From Klebsormidium nitens (lineage: Eukaryota; Plantae; Klebsormidiophyceae): a DNA stretch of 64,000 nucleotides. The stretch's first letter is position 1; each line of letters begins with the position of its first letter. The stretch lies in contig DF237094.1 in NCBI GenBank assembly GCA_000708835.1, forward strand, positions 1 through 64,000, read 5' to 3'. Shown here one piece after another: positions 33,453-45,000 of the stretch. The notes under the pieces are model-generated. The model did no database searches, was not told where the DNA came from, and worked only from the letters and a program-made list of their open reading frames with translations. A program made the position numbers and the translations under genes.

Positions 33453-36400
33453 ATGGCGGATTGGCAAAAACCAGCTGGCTCTGATAATCCAGACCCCTAT
33501 GGCAGCTACCAGCAACAGGCCTTGTATGTCCCATACGTTCCCCCTGATTTTGAGCACCGAGCAGGCCGCCAGCGTTTGGATACCCGGCCACTTCCTGCTC
33601 CCAGTCAGCTTCTGGAAAACCCCTTTGCCCGCAGCCTTCAAGGAGCACGCGCACAGCTCAGAAGCTCTGACTTCGACCGCCACCTAAAGGCTGGATTGGC
33701 TGCTTGGAGCCAACTCCAGCAGCGCTGACGTGACAAACACCCACCTTAACTTCACAATCTTCTGTGCGGGATTCAAAGAAAAGGTTCTGGACAGATCACT
33801 GGATCATATTGCGAAGGTCAGACGCTTGCAAAGCATGAACATAGACACTTGTTTTAACAAGGCACCACTTGAATCTGCCAGGAATCGTGGAGAGGTTGTA
33901 AAGTTCGGTTTGGAGATTAGAAATCAGCTCCCGTCAGAGTCAGATCTGCAGCTTCACTTTCCGTCTCTTTCGGAGGCAATTTGGGAGTCTGCTTAAGAGC
34001 AACATGATTTTCATTCTGAGGTGCCATGATGCATTCAGCTTGGAGTCTTTGATAGAACCGACCATGTATGCAAACAAGTCGACAAATTGCTTTGCAACCA
34101 GAACCCTTTGATACTTACAAGGCACTACACACAATCACCCGCTCTAGATCGCAGGATTTTGCAATTCGGGCTTCGTGACGCTTTCGGAATAACAGGCGCA
34201 TAGCAGGTTCGTGATACCTGCTGTTGATTCACGCTCCATCCAGTCCTCCTTCTGGGGAAGCCTGCTAGAGTGCCTCCTGAACTGCGTGATATTTTACCTC
34301 AGCAAAAGGGGCACTCAATTTTTTCAGGTCTTTTCTTTATGTAGGCCGAGAATGTTATGCTTATTCTGCATCGCGCCAAGGGAGATGGAAATAACATGGA
34401 GGCTTTCCGCTATCACTACACCCAGAACAGAGAGGTCTTCAACGTGGTCGCACAGGGCCTGCAAGAGGATCAACAGGCCAATGACCGGTTCAAAGACATA
34501 TGCGTTGAGATGAAGGACAAGGTCAGTGCCTCCTCTTCCTGCTTATTCAAAAGGAACTCTTAGGTTAAATTACAGGAAACTGGTTCATGTACTACCTTAG
34601 CATCGATGAATTGCAAGTAGATTGAGGTGCGTGCTATCCTGAATACCAAGTTGCTGGGGTCATATCTCACCTCTTTCAGTATGAAGTCTGCCTGAACGCT
34701 TTTTCTTGACAGGATAGAGCCTCGAGTTGCTTCTTTCCCCTTTTCCAGACGTTCACTCAGAACCCTTCAATCGCGAACCCAATATTCCAGCAAGGAGTGT
34801 TCATAGCAGACTAATGAGAATCTTGTCTCATCCAGGCCCAAGCGAACAAGGATGACATCAATACAAAACTGAAGAAGACTCTCAAAGAAGCAAGAAAGCA
34901 GAAGGGACGCACGACGTTCTTTGACAGAGTCGAGACCACGATGACTATGGGAGGTCAGCAATTGCGCACTAGCATGCTTACCGTACCCTACCACGTTTCA
35001 CTGATTGAAAGATCATAAGAATGCTGGTCGGTATCAAGCCTACACCTAAATTCCTGGCATCAAGAGCCGTGGTTGATCTTCCTACGTTCCGGATTCTTGA
35101 AGGCCATGTTTCTCGGACTTTCTAAGATGTCCGCTCAGGGTCACCGCACTTGAGAGTGTGATTGAGAGGCCTTGACCAACTTTAACAATGGAACAATGAA
35201 GTTTGCGACGTGTCCTACTTCGAAATGGTTTGATCGGCAATGTGGACTGGATCTTACTGATTCATCCCTTCATTCGATCGACTTATTGTTTCTTCCCACA
35301 CAGGAGTTTTTGGCCCATAACCATCATGGTTATGAGCTGGCTATGGGCTGGTTTCAAAGTGGTTGAGTGTCCGGTAGCCAGACTTGGGCGGTAACCAGCC
35401 TTGAAACAAGGTTACATCCCGGTTATCTGTCCAATACCCTGAGACTCGAGTCTGGTAATCAGGTTACAGCCAGAATTTCCTTTGCCAGATCCCTTCTTAT
35501 TTCGCTTCGACTCGTTCTTTGAGCCCATTAGAGTTGCATATCATCCATTCAACCAGTGTACTCGCGAAGCTGCACAGATGCTCAGAACTGGAAGCGTGCT
35601 TACCAATCCTCCCTTTTGCAAAGATGAGAGCTTCGCCGTTCTTTTTCAAAACCTCTTGCAATGAACCTCCGGAGAATGAGGATATGCAAACTGAATCCCT
35701 CCCAGGCAGACCATTCTGAGTCTCTCTTTTTCAGGGAGTATTACTACGGGCGCGACCGGCGCTTTTGCCGCGCTGGCCGGCATTGGCATCGGCGTCGCGG
35801 GCGTCAGCGCGGTCATCCTCGCGGACGCCGCGGGCGGCTGCGGCGCGTTCTCGCTCATCTTCGCAGTGCTCGCAATCGTCATGCTCTCGAAAAAGCGCGC
35901 GGCCAGAAAGCTGAACGAGGCAAAGCTCAAGGAGGCGGACGAGTTCCGTGAGGTGTTGGAACAGATGGAGCCGCTGATCGAGGCGCTCATGGCCTTCGAG
36001 GGGCTGATGAGCGACCTGAGGATGGAGATACAGAGGCTCATGAAGTGAGGTGGCTCTCGTTGCACCTCAGTAATCCAGCTTGTTGAACTGGCTTGATCAT
36101 GAAGCAGGACAGCGCTTCTCCTAAGCTTCTTCCCGCTAGGTTTACCGTGTGCAACTCCCGGTCAGGGGTGTGAAGTCGCGAAACTCTTTGGAAGTTCTTC
36201 CGAGCGGCCATCCTTCGCACGAGATGGTCCTCTCTGGAACGGTATATGTTCAGAGGCCAATATCAGACTTTCTTCCCACACCCCGGGCTATTCGGACTTC
36301 AATCCAGTCACGAAGCTTCCTTGAAACAAACGATTCTGGTCTTCAGCGATTGTCCTTATTAATAAGCTGCTGCAATATCTGCTGCCCAATCTACGGGCTT

Positions 36401-36769
36401 CGACTCAAGCGTTCTACTCAGAAGGAGTCCAGGAATACCCCAGATTTTTGCAACCCTACCGCGCCGTGCATCGCTTTGCTTACAAATCGCTTTCGGCTTT
36501 CGGATTTAGGAACGTTAGGGAGATGACGCGCGAAGAGCGGGCTTGGTTTCGCACGTTTCAAGTCTAATACCACCCCATATTTTCCCTTCAGCGAGGTTGG
36601 CAAGTTTGAGACCGCACGCGAGCACGAGATTGACGTGTCTACGCTACGGCTGATGATGGATCGCTCCGACCTTATTTATCGGGACTTCTCCGATTTCCAT
36701 GCGGCTGCGACGCTTGCTAAGCGGTCCATTGAGGAGGCCCTTGACGAGTGCCAACGCTTTGGCTCGTAA
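33453..36769 (+). CDS. 326-aa all-helical protein: coiled coil, Gly/Ala-rich hydrophobic hairpin, coiled coil
   Basis: Exons 33453-33523, 33690-33816, 34345-34521, 34836-34953, 35735-36044 and 36592-36769 are GT-AG and in phase (981 nt). The central segment is GGSITTGATGAFAALAGIGIGVAGVSAVILADAAGGCGAFSLIFAVLAIVML. Exons 1-2 are less certain than exons 3-6. Confidence 0.72.
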
Positions 36770-37582
36770 TATTCAAAAGCCTTTACCGGCGTGTTTGAGC
36801 GGTAGATAGACTGTAAGCGATGCCTGACGGTCTCTGGCGGACCGTTCTGTTGAGGCACGTTGTAGGCGGAGGACAAAATTCCTGTGAAACTCTCGACCTG
36901 GGTACTCGTTAGGATAATACTAACCTAGGTTTGCTTTGCACCCCAGACCCTGCATGGCTCTATCATGAAAAGACAAGTGGGCATAGCGACATAAGCCCTG
37001 AAGTATCCGCAAAACGAAAGGGTTGCAATCTAGCTAGCGTTGACCTTGACTGTGAAATGATGCAAATAGGTAGGTGGTTAGAAACAAGCGCTCAGTACTA
37101 AGAGCTGCATTGAGACTGTATGTTACAGGTACAGTACAGTGTTGAGTACTATAACCATTTTGATTTGAATCTGAAGGCTGCGGCCACATGTCCGACGGAT
37201 CCATCCAGTGCCAGGCCGTCCAGGTAAAGAGTGATCAATAGACATTTGCGTACACCTTTGAAAGGCGTCGGACGGGTCTTGGCAATCCCTGTTTGAAACG
37301 AGGCAGAGCTAAACATTGACCATTCAATTCTTGAAGTAATTCATGCTCACGCTGGATACTAAAGATTTGCTCATACAGTTTCGTTATCCGCGTTAAGCAT
37401 GATCGAAGGATGTTGTTGGGACGAGTGGCTCTTTATATTCCATGACCATCATTACATGCACCTTACAATCTTCTGGGCCGCATGTCCGCCCGTTCAATTA
37501 CTGATTGTGTTAGACGTCGTTGACACTACTAACAGCTCGGGTGACCGCGTCTCTAGCTATCCGTGAGAGCTTCAGACGCATC

Positions 37583-40500
37583 TCAGGCATCCCGCGCAAG
37601 AAACGCGGCCAGCTCCTGGTCTTCGTCCGTCTTCCGGACGCCCTTGTCGTCGGAAACCTTTTTCTTCTGTAGTACCTGCGACCGGAACATTACGGGCTTC
37701 CCGGTTTTCTTGTGCACCGGCGCCTGCGCTCGGTCCAAACTGCGCTGAACGCGCCGCTCCTGCACGATCCAACAGGTAATGGTAATTACTTTCAGAGACG
37801 GGTCTCGATTACCTACATCGGGTAACCCTTGCTTCTCATTTCATTTGTAGAAAGCTGCAGGTGCATGGTCAGTGGTCAGAAGATAAGACCGAGCGACGTG
37901 TCGTTCAACTGAGGCAGCAAATCTGAAGGACATGCGACTCACAGGCGGGTTTCTGTCCGATCAACCGCCACTATCAAAGGCCAGCTAAAGGACCGCGTCA
38001 AGACAAAAAACGCTTCTGAAAGACTTTTTGAAGGATTAGTATGACTCATAAGCCGATACCTGAGCGGCACCGAAAGGCTAGCAAAAGTGAAGAGACATCC
38101 ATTTATTTTGATCGCCGAGCATAGCTCATGCGTACACTCACCTGTTCGATCCTCTGTGCCTCCATCTTCTCCTCGCGCGCCTTCTGCCGGCGCTCCTTCT
38201 CGCGCGCCTTTTCGGACGCCTCCACGAACTTGGGCGGCATCGTGTCCGCGATCGCCAAGTACTCCTCCAGCTTGTTCTGTAGTGGCGAAAATCGGCCGGA
38301 GTTAGTCATCCGATGGTCGCTTTCTGAAGAACGTAGTGAGCGGGCAAGCCGTTTGATCTGTTTCTCGTGGGAACGCTGCATGAGGACTTTCGCTCTTTGC
38401 CGACAGCAAATGGTTTGGGGATCAGCGCTATTTGTGGAACAGGCCGGTGACAGTCCTCCCCAAAATCATCAAGTGGGTACTAAAGTACCCTTTCCAATCG
38501 AAGTGAGATAGCGCCATCTGGCCTTTGCTCGTGCTGCCCCATCTCCTTAAGATCCTGGGCTTAGTCCTCTTGCTTCGAGTTTATCAAAGCAATCAACCCG
38601 CCGAGAGTATGACACGACGAATCAAGCGACCTGACCAATGGTGCTATCCTGAGTTTATCGACCCAAGCGCAAAAGTCAGAAGACACAAGCAAGGTTGAGC
38701 AACATGTGATTCTAGTCTCTGATCAAAGAAAGGCTGAAGCCGAAAAAAGACCCAGCAGACGCGCAGCCAGCGTAGCCGCGTAAGTAAAAACCTCAAGCAA
38801 AGTGTTAGCAAAAGGGCTGAGCGAAGCGAAAATCAGACCTCGAAGTACGTAAATATTCTCACGCTGGCCTCGGTTTCAACGCCACAATGGGTATGGATTT
38901 CTGGACCTCGTGTTGAACCTACGTGTTCGTTCAGACCTTCAAGTGTCGTACAAACCACACCGGGACCGGTAACATGAGGTCGATATGGTGTTACGTACGA
39001 GCAAGTCACAGAGGAACTAGGATGAGCGGAAAAAGATAAAGTGCCCACCTCAAAGTTCGTAAGCATCTGCAGCGTCCCGACGCTCGCGTCGTTGTCGAAG
39101 CCGCAGCGGACGTACACCTCCAGCACTTTGGCCGCGAGCTGCGGGAGCGCGGTGTCCTGCACGCCATAGAACGCGTTCCCGCTCGCGCGGTCCGCCAGGA
39201 CACGTGTCTTCTCCTCCTCGGACATGATGGCTGCCGTAAGGACCTGCGGGAAGAAGCTACCTGTTAGAAGGATGATTCCTGGCCAAGAACAAAGCTTGAA
39301 GACTCTGTAGAAGAAAATCACGTGTGATTGAGTGAAGCGCCGCACACTATCTGGGTGCTTTTGAAGGTTTCAGTACTGGGAGGTCACAGCAAGTTGGCTC
39401 GAGTAAGAAGCCCTCTCAGCCGAAGACAGGCACAGAAGTGACAACGACAAGCTCGCGTCGACCCCTCGAATCATTACGTTTAAGAACTGAAAACAATCTC
39501 TGCTGTTTCAAAAACGGTCCAAGCCCGGCACAAATTTCGACCTGAACATACTAAGTCCCATCCGGACCTGGGCCTTCGATTGCTTATTCATGCAGAGACC
39601 AAATGTTTTTCAATGCAGAATTTGACCCAGTCCGCATCCCACCTCGGTCTGATCGCGCAAGTTTTGCACTTCGCCCTCCATCCTCTCCTGTGTGTCCCGG
39701 AACTTGCCCTTCAGCTCCTTAGAGCAAGTTTACCCTGTTTAAAGTCTTGGAAATTGATCCAGAATGAGATGTCACCTCGATCTGATCGCGCAGGTTTTGC
39801 ACTTCGCCCTCCATCCTCTCCTGCGTGTCCCGGAAATTGTCCAGTCCAAGAAAGTGATACAGAGCTGAATCTCACCTCGNNNNNNNNNNNNNNNNNNNNN
39901 NNNNNNNNNNNNNNNNNNNNNNNNNNNNNNNNNNNNNNNNNNNNNNNNNNNNNNNNNNNNNNNNNNNNNNNNNNNNNNNNNNNNNNNNNNNNNNNNNNNN
40001 NNNNNNNNNNNNNNNNNNNNNNNNNNNNNNNNNNNNNNNNNNNNNNNNNNNNNNNNNNNNNNNNNNNNNNNNNNNNNNNNNNNNNNNNNNNNNNNNNNNN
40101 NNNNNNNNNNNNNNNNNNNNNNNNNNNNNNNNNNNNNNNNNNNNNNNNNNNNNNNNNNNNNNNNNNNNNNNNNNNNNNNNNNNNNNNNNNNNNNNNNNNN
40201 NNCGTAAGTAAGTAGTATACAGAGTACTCGTATACTCTACCTCGATCTGATCGCGCAGGTTTTGCACTTCGCCCTCCATCCTCTCCTGCGTGTCCCGGAA
40301 CTTGCCCTTCAGCTCTTCCAGCCCTTCTTCCGTCTCCTGGCAGTTCTGGATGAGGAACAAGTTTTGCTCCTCTAGTTGCGAGAACACCTCCAGCAGCTGC
40401 CGCGGGTCCTTGAAGAATATCTCGCCCACGCTGTCGTCATCCTCGCCGTCGCTGACGTCATCGTTCGTGTCCTGGGCGGTCGACCTGAAGGTGACATTCA

Positions 40501-43500
40501 CAGTGAATCAAAGACCCGATCAAAATTCAGCCTGGCCACTCAAAGCAGACTTGAGGTTAAAAGACTCTTCAGAAGAACTCTCGGGTTGGAATTCTGCTTC
40601 CTACTTGTAAAGCGAGGACTACAGGATCCTCCTTGGCAACGCAATACAAGATGAGTCTGCAGAAAGAAATGACCACGCCAGTCCTGACAGACAGATGGTT
40701 TTCATTACATTTTCACCCGCTTAGAAAACGATTGAGGCCAACTTTGAGGTGCCCTCAATCGCTCTTCCAAGCAATTGAAGAGCTCTCTTCCAAACCCCAG
40801 GGGCAAACATCCCCAATCGAAGAATCAAGCTCAGAACCTGCAATCTGCCTCGTTCCTTGTAAATGTTACGGTCAACTGGGCACTTTCTTCGAGCTCTCCA
40901 TCAAATGCAGGGATGGTACAGTTTTCGCTTCAGGTTTTGAACTGCACCTGCCGCTGGTTGTCGGGTCGGGCTCTTCCGCGTCTTCTCCCAGCACCGCGGC
41001 TGTCGCGGCCGCTGCCTCGCGTCGCGCGTTCTCCGCCTCTTCCTGCGTAAGAAAAAGTTGCCCAGCAGATTGCGTCAGGGAAATATATTTGAAACATAGT
41101 TCTAATCCTCTTCAGGCAAGTTGCATGAACGGAACGGTCAAGGGAAGAAAGAAACGAGACACTCAAAACATCGCACTTCAGCGGTAAATTATGAGCTTCG
41201 AGGGAGATTAACTCCGACGTTCCGCAACATTCTCACAAATAGTTTTTCAAAGCTCTGCTCAAGTCAAAGAATCTTACAGAATGGTAGGGTTTTCGGTTGT
41301 AGGATAATGGGAGTGGGAGCCACTATGAAATCTCTGCTCAAATCTGACCCCTCTCAGACATTCCGCACCTCCGCTTTCCGTTTGGCTCTCCGTTCCGCTC
41401 GCCTCGTGGCCCGCTGCATCTCCCGCCGCGTCTCCGCCTCCACCTTCTGCGTCTCGCTCCACTGCGCGGGCGTCAGCGCCGCCAGAAAGTCCCGGTACTT
41501 TTTGCACTCCTCTAGTTGCTCCTCGTACTTGCTCAGGTCGCTGCGGATCGCCGTTACGACGCCGTTGAGCCGCTTGATCTCCGAAACCTGCACAGAGGTA
41601 CGTTATGATGATTATGATATGTTATGAAGCATACATGGGCAGGAGTGCCGGTGACTTTTTGCACTCCCTTAGTTGCTCTTCGTACTTGCTCAGATCGCTG
41701 CGGATCGCTGTGACGACGCCATTTAACCGCTTCCGACACCTGCGAAGAAATTATCTTTTGTGCCTTCAGATTGGCTCGAAGAAAGCATACAGGGCAAAAG
41801 TACTTCTTGCACTCCTCTACTTGTTCCTCGTATCTGCTCAGATCGTTGCGGAACACTCTCGACGCCGTCGAGCCGATTGATTCCTTACATCTGGGCCCAG
41901 ATCCAAGCTGAGAGGTGCCGAGCCTCTTTAAAAGGGTTTGTAAAAAGGTTGGCTTGGTGTCTCGTGCCGTCTTTCGGTAGTCATACCTTGCTAAAGATTC
42001 TGCGGCTCGCGCTAAGCACTTCCTCCGCTCGCAAGTCGACCGGACAGCAAGCAGCGCCTTGTACTACACGCTGTCCGTACGGTCAGATCGAAACCGTGGA
42101 AATACAATCAGCCTTGTCAGGACCCTGCATTCTTTTGCTTCGGTCCTCTTGCTCCTACCTTTCTCAATGCCTCTTGCACCTCTTCGTAGTCTTTCTGACA
42201 TCCTTCACTGTCAGAGGTCAAAACCACCGTCCCCTCTCGTACAGTTTGCGATAAAGTGACAAAAAACTGAATCTGATCATTTAGAACCTATCCGAAGACC
42301 CACCTTCTCCTGTTTCAGCTTCGCCTCCTGCTCCGCCTTCCGTATCGCCTCCTGCACCTTCTCGTCGTTCTCTTTGAGGAACGCGTCGAACTTGAGCGCG
42401 TCTGCCTCCAGCGCGGCCTCGCTCGCGCGCAGCGCCTGCTCGCGCTCCAGCGCGCGCTCCTCCAGCTTGCGGATCTCTGCGCGCTTCGTGTCCAGACTCA
42501 TCTGAGATCGAAAAAAGAAGACAGCGTATGGTTCTCAATTGTTCGCGCGTAGCGCCTGCTTGCGCTCCAGCGGTCGCTCCTCCAGCTCGTGGGTCTCCGC
42601 GCGCTTTGTGTCCAGGCTCATCTGAGATGTAAAAAGAACGATAAGTTATAGTTCTTGAAAACTCGCGCGCAGCGCCTGCTCGCGCTCGAGCGCGCGCTCC
42701 TCCAGCTTGCGAAATCTCTTCGCGCTTCGTATCCAAGCTCATCTGAGATAGAAGATAGAAGATAGCTTTTGGATTTCCGACCTTTTTGCGCAGAGTGCTT
42801 GCTCGCTTCAAAGCGCGCTCCTCCAGCCTGCCAAATTACTCCCAAGCTCATCTAAGATAGAGGAAGGAAGATCGATTGTGCTTTAGAGCGTAACATTCGG
42901 CCAGGTATACGAGATGGTTGCTTCCGCGGTATATGCATGCAGATCTCCTCGCGCTTCGTGTCGAGGCTCACCTGAGATGAGTTATAGGCTTTGTGACAGA
43001 TCAAAGGCTTTGTGACAGATCAAAGGCTTTGTGACAGATTGTGACAACAGTTAAAGGCTTGTGACAGATTACACATGAAGTCCAAATCTTCGAGTTCGAT
43101 TTATAAAGCGGCTGGGATTGTTCCGTGCGAAAGCGGTTGCGGATTATGCGTGCGTCAAGATCCAGGCACTTACAAGAAGACGGGGCCATACGGGTCTAGA
43201 AAGCCGCCTATCATGTGCGTTAAAAGAGCGGGCGACTCCAGTAGCGAGCGCTGGCGGTCGCAGCTTCCGAATCCCGCCCGCTTGATGCCGACTCGATCTC
43301 ATGAAGGAAGAGGATATCTTATAGCGCCAGAGCTCTTTCCAGTCCCGCCCGTTTTGACCCACCCACTTCCCCTAGAAGCTTGTATCCAAGCCCGAGGCTC
43401 TCCTTAAGCCGTCCATTTGCGAAATGTAATATAAGGTGGGGGTGCCAACTCGGCGATCCGTGCTCGCCTCTCTCCCACGCAAATGTCACCAGACTGAGCC

Positions 43501-45000
43501 GCTTACCTGAACCAGGAAGATCTCGCGTTTCTTCGCGATGAAGTCCGCAATGTTCTCTTTGTCCGAGTGCGTCCGGGCCACGCTCGTCGCACTCGCGCTC
43601 GCGCTCGTCGCCAGGTCCAGGGCGCCGACGGACGTGGTCACACGGCCCTCTGCCAAAACCTGCGAGGAGGGACGGCAGTCTTTAGTCGACCACCTTCCGC
43701 AAAACAATTCGACGTAGAAACTAAAGAAGTTTAGCTTAGCGTCTCGTCGTCGAATCGCTTTCCGGGCCGTGGCAGATGGCAGGAGACTGCAGAACGCTGT
43801 TCATAATTTGTCTTTCTGTTCTAAAGTTGCGGTCGGTTGGACAAGTCTTCTTTTCCACTTCTCACAGGCATCGGTGTGACGAGGCCCGTTTTCCTACTTA
43901 CTATGCCTGCAAGCCTCTTTGACAGTGCGAGCGAAGTGCAAGGTCGATCTCATGATCCTTAGGTTGTTGGTTTGACACCAAGGTCTGCGACTGGGAAGAC
44001 GCCTTTCACGCTCGCAATCACGCCAAGTTTCGGTAACGGTTCGCATTCTAAAAATCCTTGAACTGGGTTCTTGTGCTCGACGAGCGGTTTGTTTCCTGCA
44101 AGATTCGACGCTGGCGACCGTACTGACTAGTTCGCTCTCCGTCCGACGCTTGCGACCAAAGTAAATAATATTCAAGCAGTCATTATACGCTTAATTTTCT
44201 GTCCAACTGACGCTGGCGACCAAAGTGAGTAATCTGCAGCCACTCAGCAAACGCTCAAGTGTCTGTCCAACTTGAGCTGGCGACCAAAGTAGGTATATTG
44301 CAAGCACTCATCAAACGCTTAAGTTTCTGGCCGACTTACACTGGCGACCGCACTGGACGCGAGCGAGGTGCCCATCCGGCTGGCGAACGTCGTCTTCTCG
44401 TGCACGTGCATGTGCTTGATTTTCTCCCGCTGCTCTAGCTTGTGCCGCTTCTCCGTCTCGCGCAGCTTGAACACCTCCTCGTCCGCGGGCATCGAGAATG
44501 GGTTCTTGGACCATGGCCTGCCGGTGAAGGGTGGGATGTTGAAAGCTGAGGAGTTTGGGGTTCAGCAATACGAAATTCTGATTCAGAGGATTCAAACCTA
44601 GAGATCTTCTCGATGTGGCTAGTGCCAAGGATTGGAGGTCCGCAAAAATCTAAAAATCCGCCCCTCTGGCATGACATCAAGAGCTTCGTCAAAGGCGCAA
44701 GTAGTTCAAGGTGAAGTTGATGGGTTCGAGCCTCTGGGCATAAAGCTGATGGGGGATCCTACAACTATGTCCTGCAAGAAGAATCCGATCATCCAAATCG
44801 AAGTGGAAGTCGGAATTTGATGCTTTGCGCTATCCATTCTGCAAGCAATGCAGAAAGCCAAATTGCAAGCCGTTGCTTGTCTCCAAGAGTTTCCTCAACG
44901 GCTTCACTCAATCGTACCACCAAGAAGGTGAAGATAAGTAGCTCAGTGCCGCCGTTGGAATAGCGCCTCACCCCGTCGTTTTCTCCATGGTGGCAACCAT
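37583..45000 (-). CDS. CFAP100: Cilia- and flagella-associated protein 100 (CCDC37/MIA1 family, DUF4200 coiled coil), ~540 aa, 10 exons
   Basis: Exons 45000-44972, 44517-44340, 43659-43507, 42501-42304, 41587-41369, 41042-40948, 40484-40241, 39243-39049, 38276-38142, 37759-37583 (1623 nt, in phase). Family motifs NPFSMPADEEVFKLRE..VHEKTT, KENIADFIAKKREIFLVQMSLDTKRAEI, FKDPRQLLEVFSQLEEQNLFLIQNCQETEE and EKAREKERRQKAREEK..KKTGKPVMFRS. Confidence 0.92.
39630..39879 (-). repeat. Two decayed copies, plus the start of a third at the gap edge, of the end and donor of CFAP100 exon 40241-40484
   Basis: GATCTGATCGCGCAGGTTTTGCACTTCGCCCTCCATCCTCTCCTG recurs at about 39645-39715 and 39775-39835. CTCACCTCG at 39871-39879 runs into the N gap. 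Confidence 0.88.
39880..40202. other. Assembly gap (323 N) inside a CFAP100 intron
   Basis: Run of N, flanked on both sides by copies of the same exon-end repeat, which probably caused the gap. Confidence 0.95.
41640..41900 (-). repeat. Two decayed copies of the acceptor and start of CFAP100 exon 41369-41587
   Basis: TTTTGCACTCC..AGTTGCTC..CGTACTTGCTCAG.TCGCTGCGGATCGC..ACGACGCC..CCGCTT is repeated at about 41650-41742 and 41790-41895. Confidence 0.88.
42540..42980 (-). repeat. Four decayed copies of the acceptor and start of CFAP100 exon 42304-42501
   Basis: GCGCGCTCCTCCAGC..CGCGCTTCGTGTCCAG.CTCATCTGAGAT variants at about 42545-42630, 42660-42750, 42790-42860 and 42940-42980. Confidence 0.9.
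42986..43070. repeat. Intronic minisatellite with a 19-bp unit (AAGGCTTTGTGACAGATCA), three near-perfect units plus one degenerate unit
   Basis: Read directly from the sequence. Confidence 0.9.
44105..44290 (-). repeat. Three to four short decayed copies of the donor junction of CFAP100 exon 44340-44517
   Basis: (G)CTGGCGACC with similar flanks (TTAA.TTTCTG.CC.ACT) recurs at about 60-70 bp spacing below the true copy at 44331-44350. Confidence 0.7.

Noticed and set aside
33327-33728. 133-aa ORF read as a stand-alone gene
   Set aside because: It is better explained as exon 1 (to the GTATGT donor at 33524) plus intron of the six-exon gene, whose next exon uses another frame.
42986-43070. A CRISPR-like array (also considered for the 59580-60480 ladder)
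   Set aside because: There are no unique spacers between repeats and no cas genes, the context is a eukaryotic intron, and the ladder units are exon-derived.
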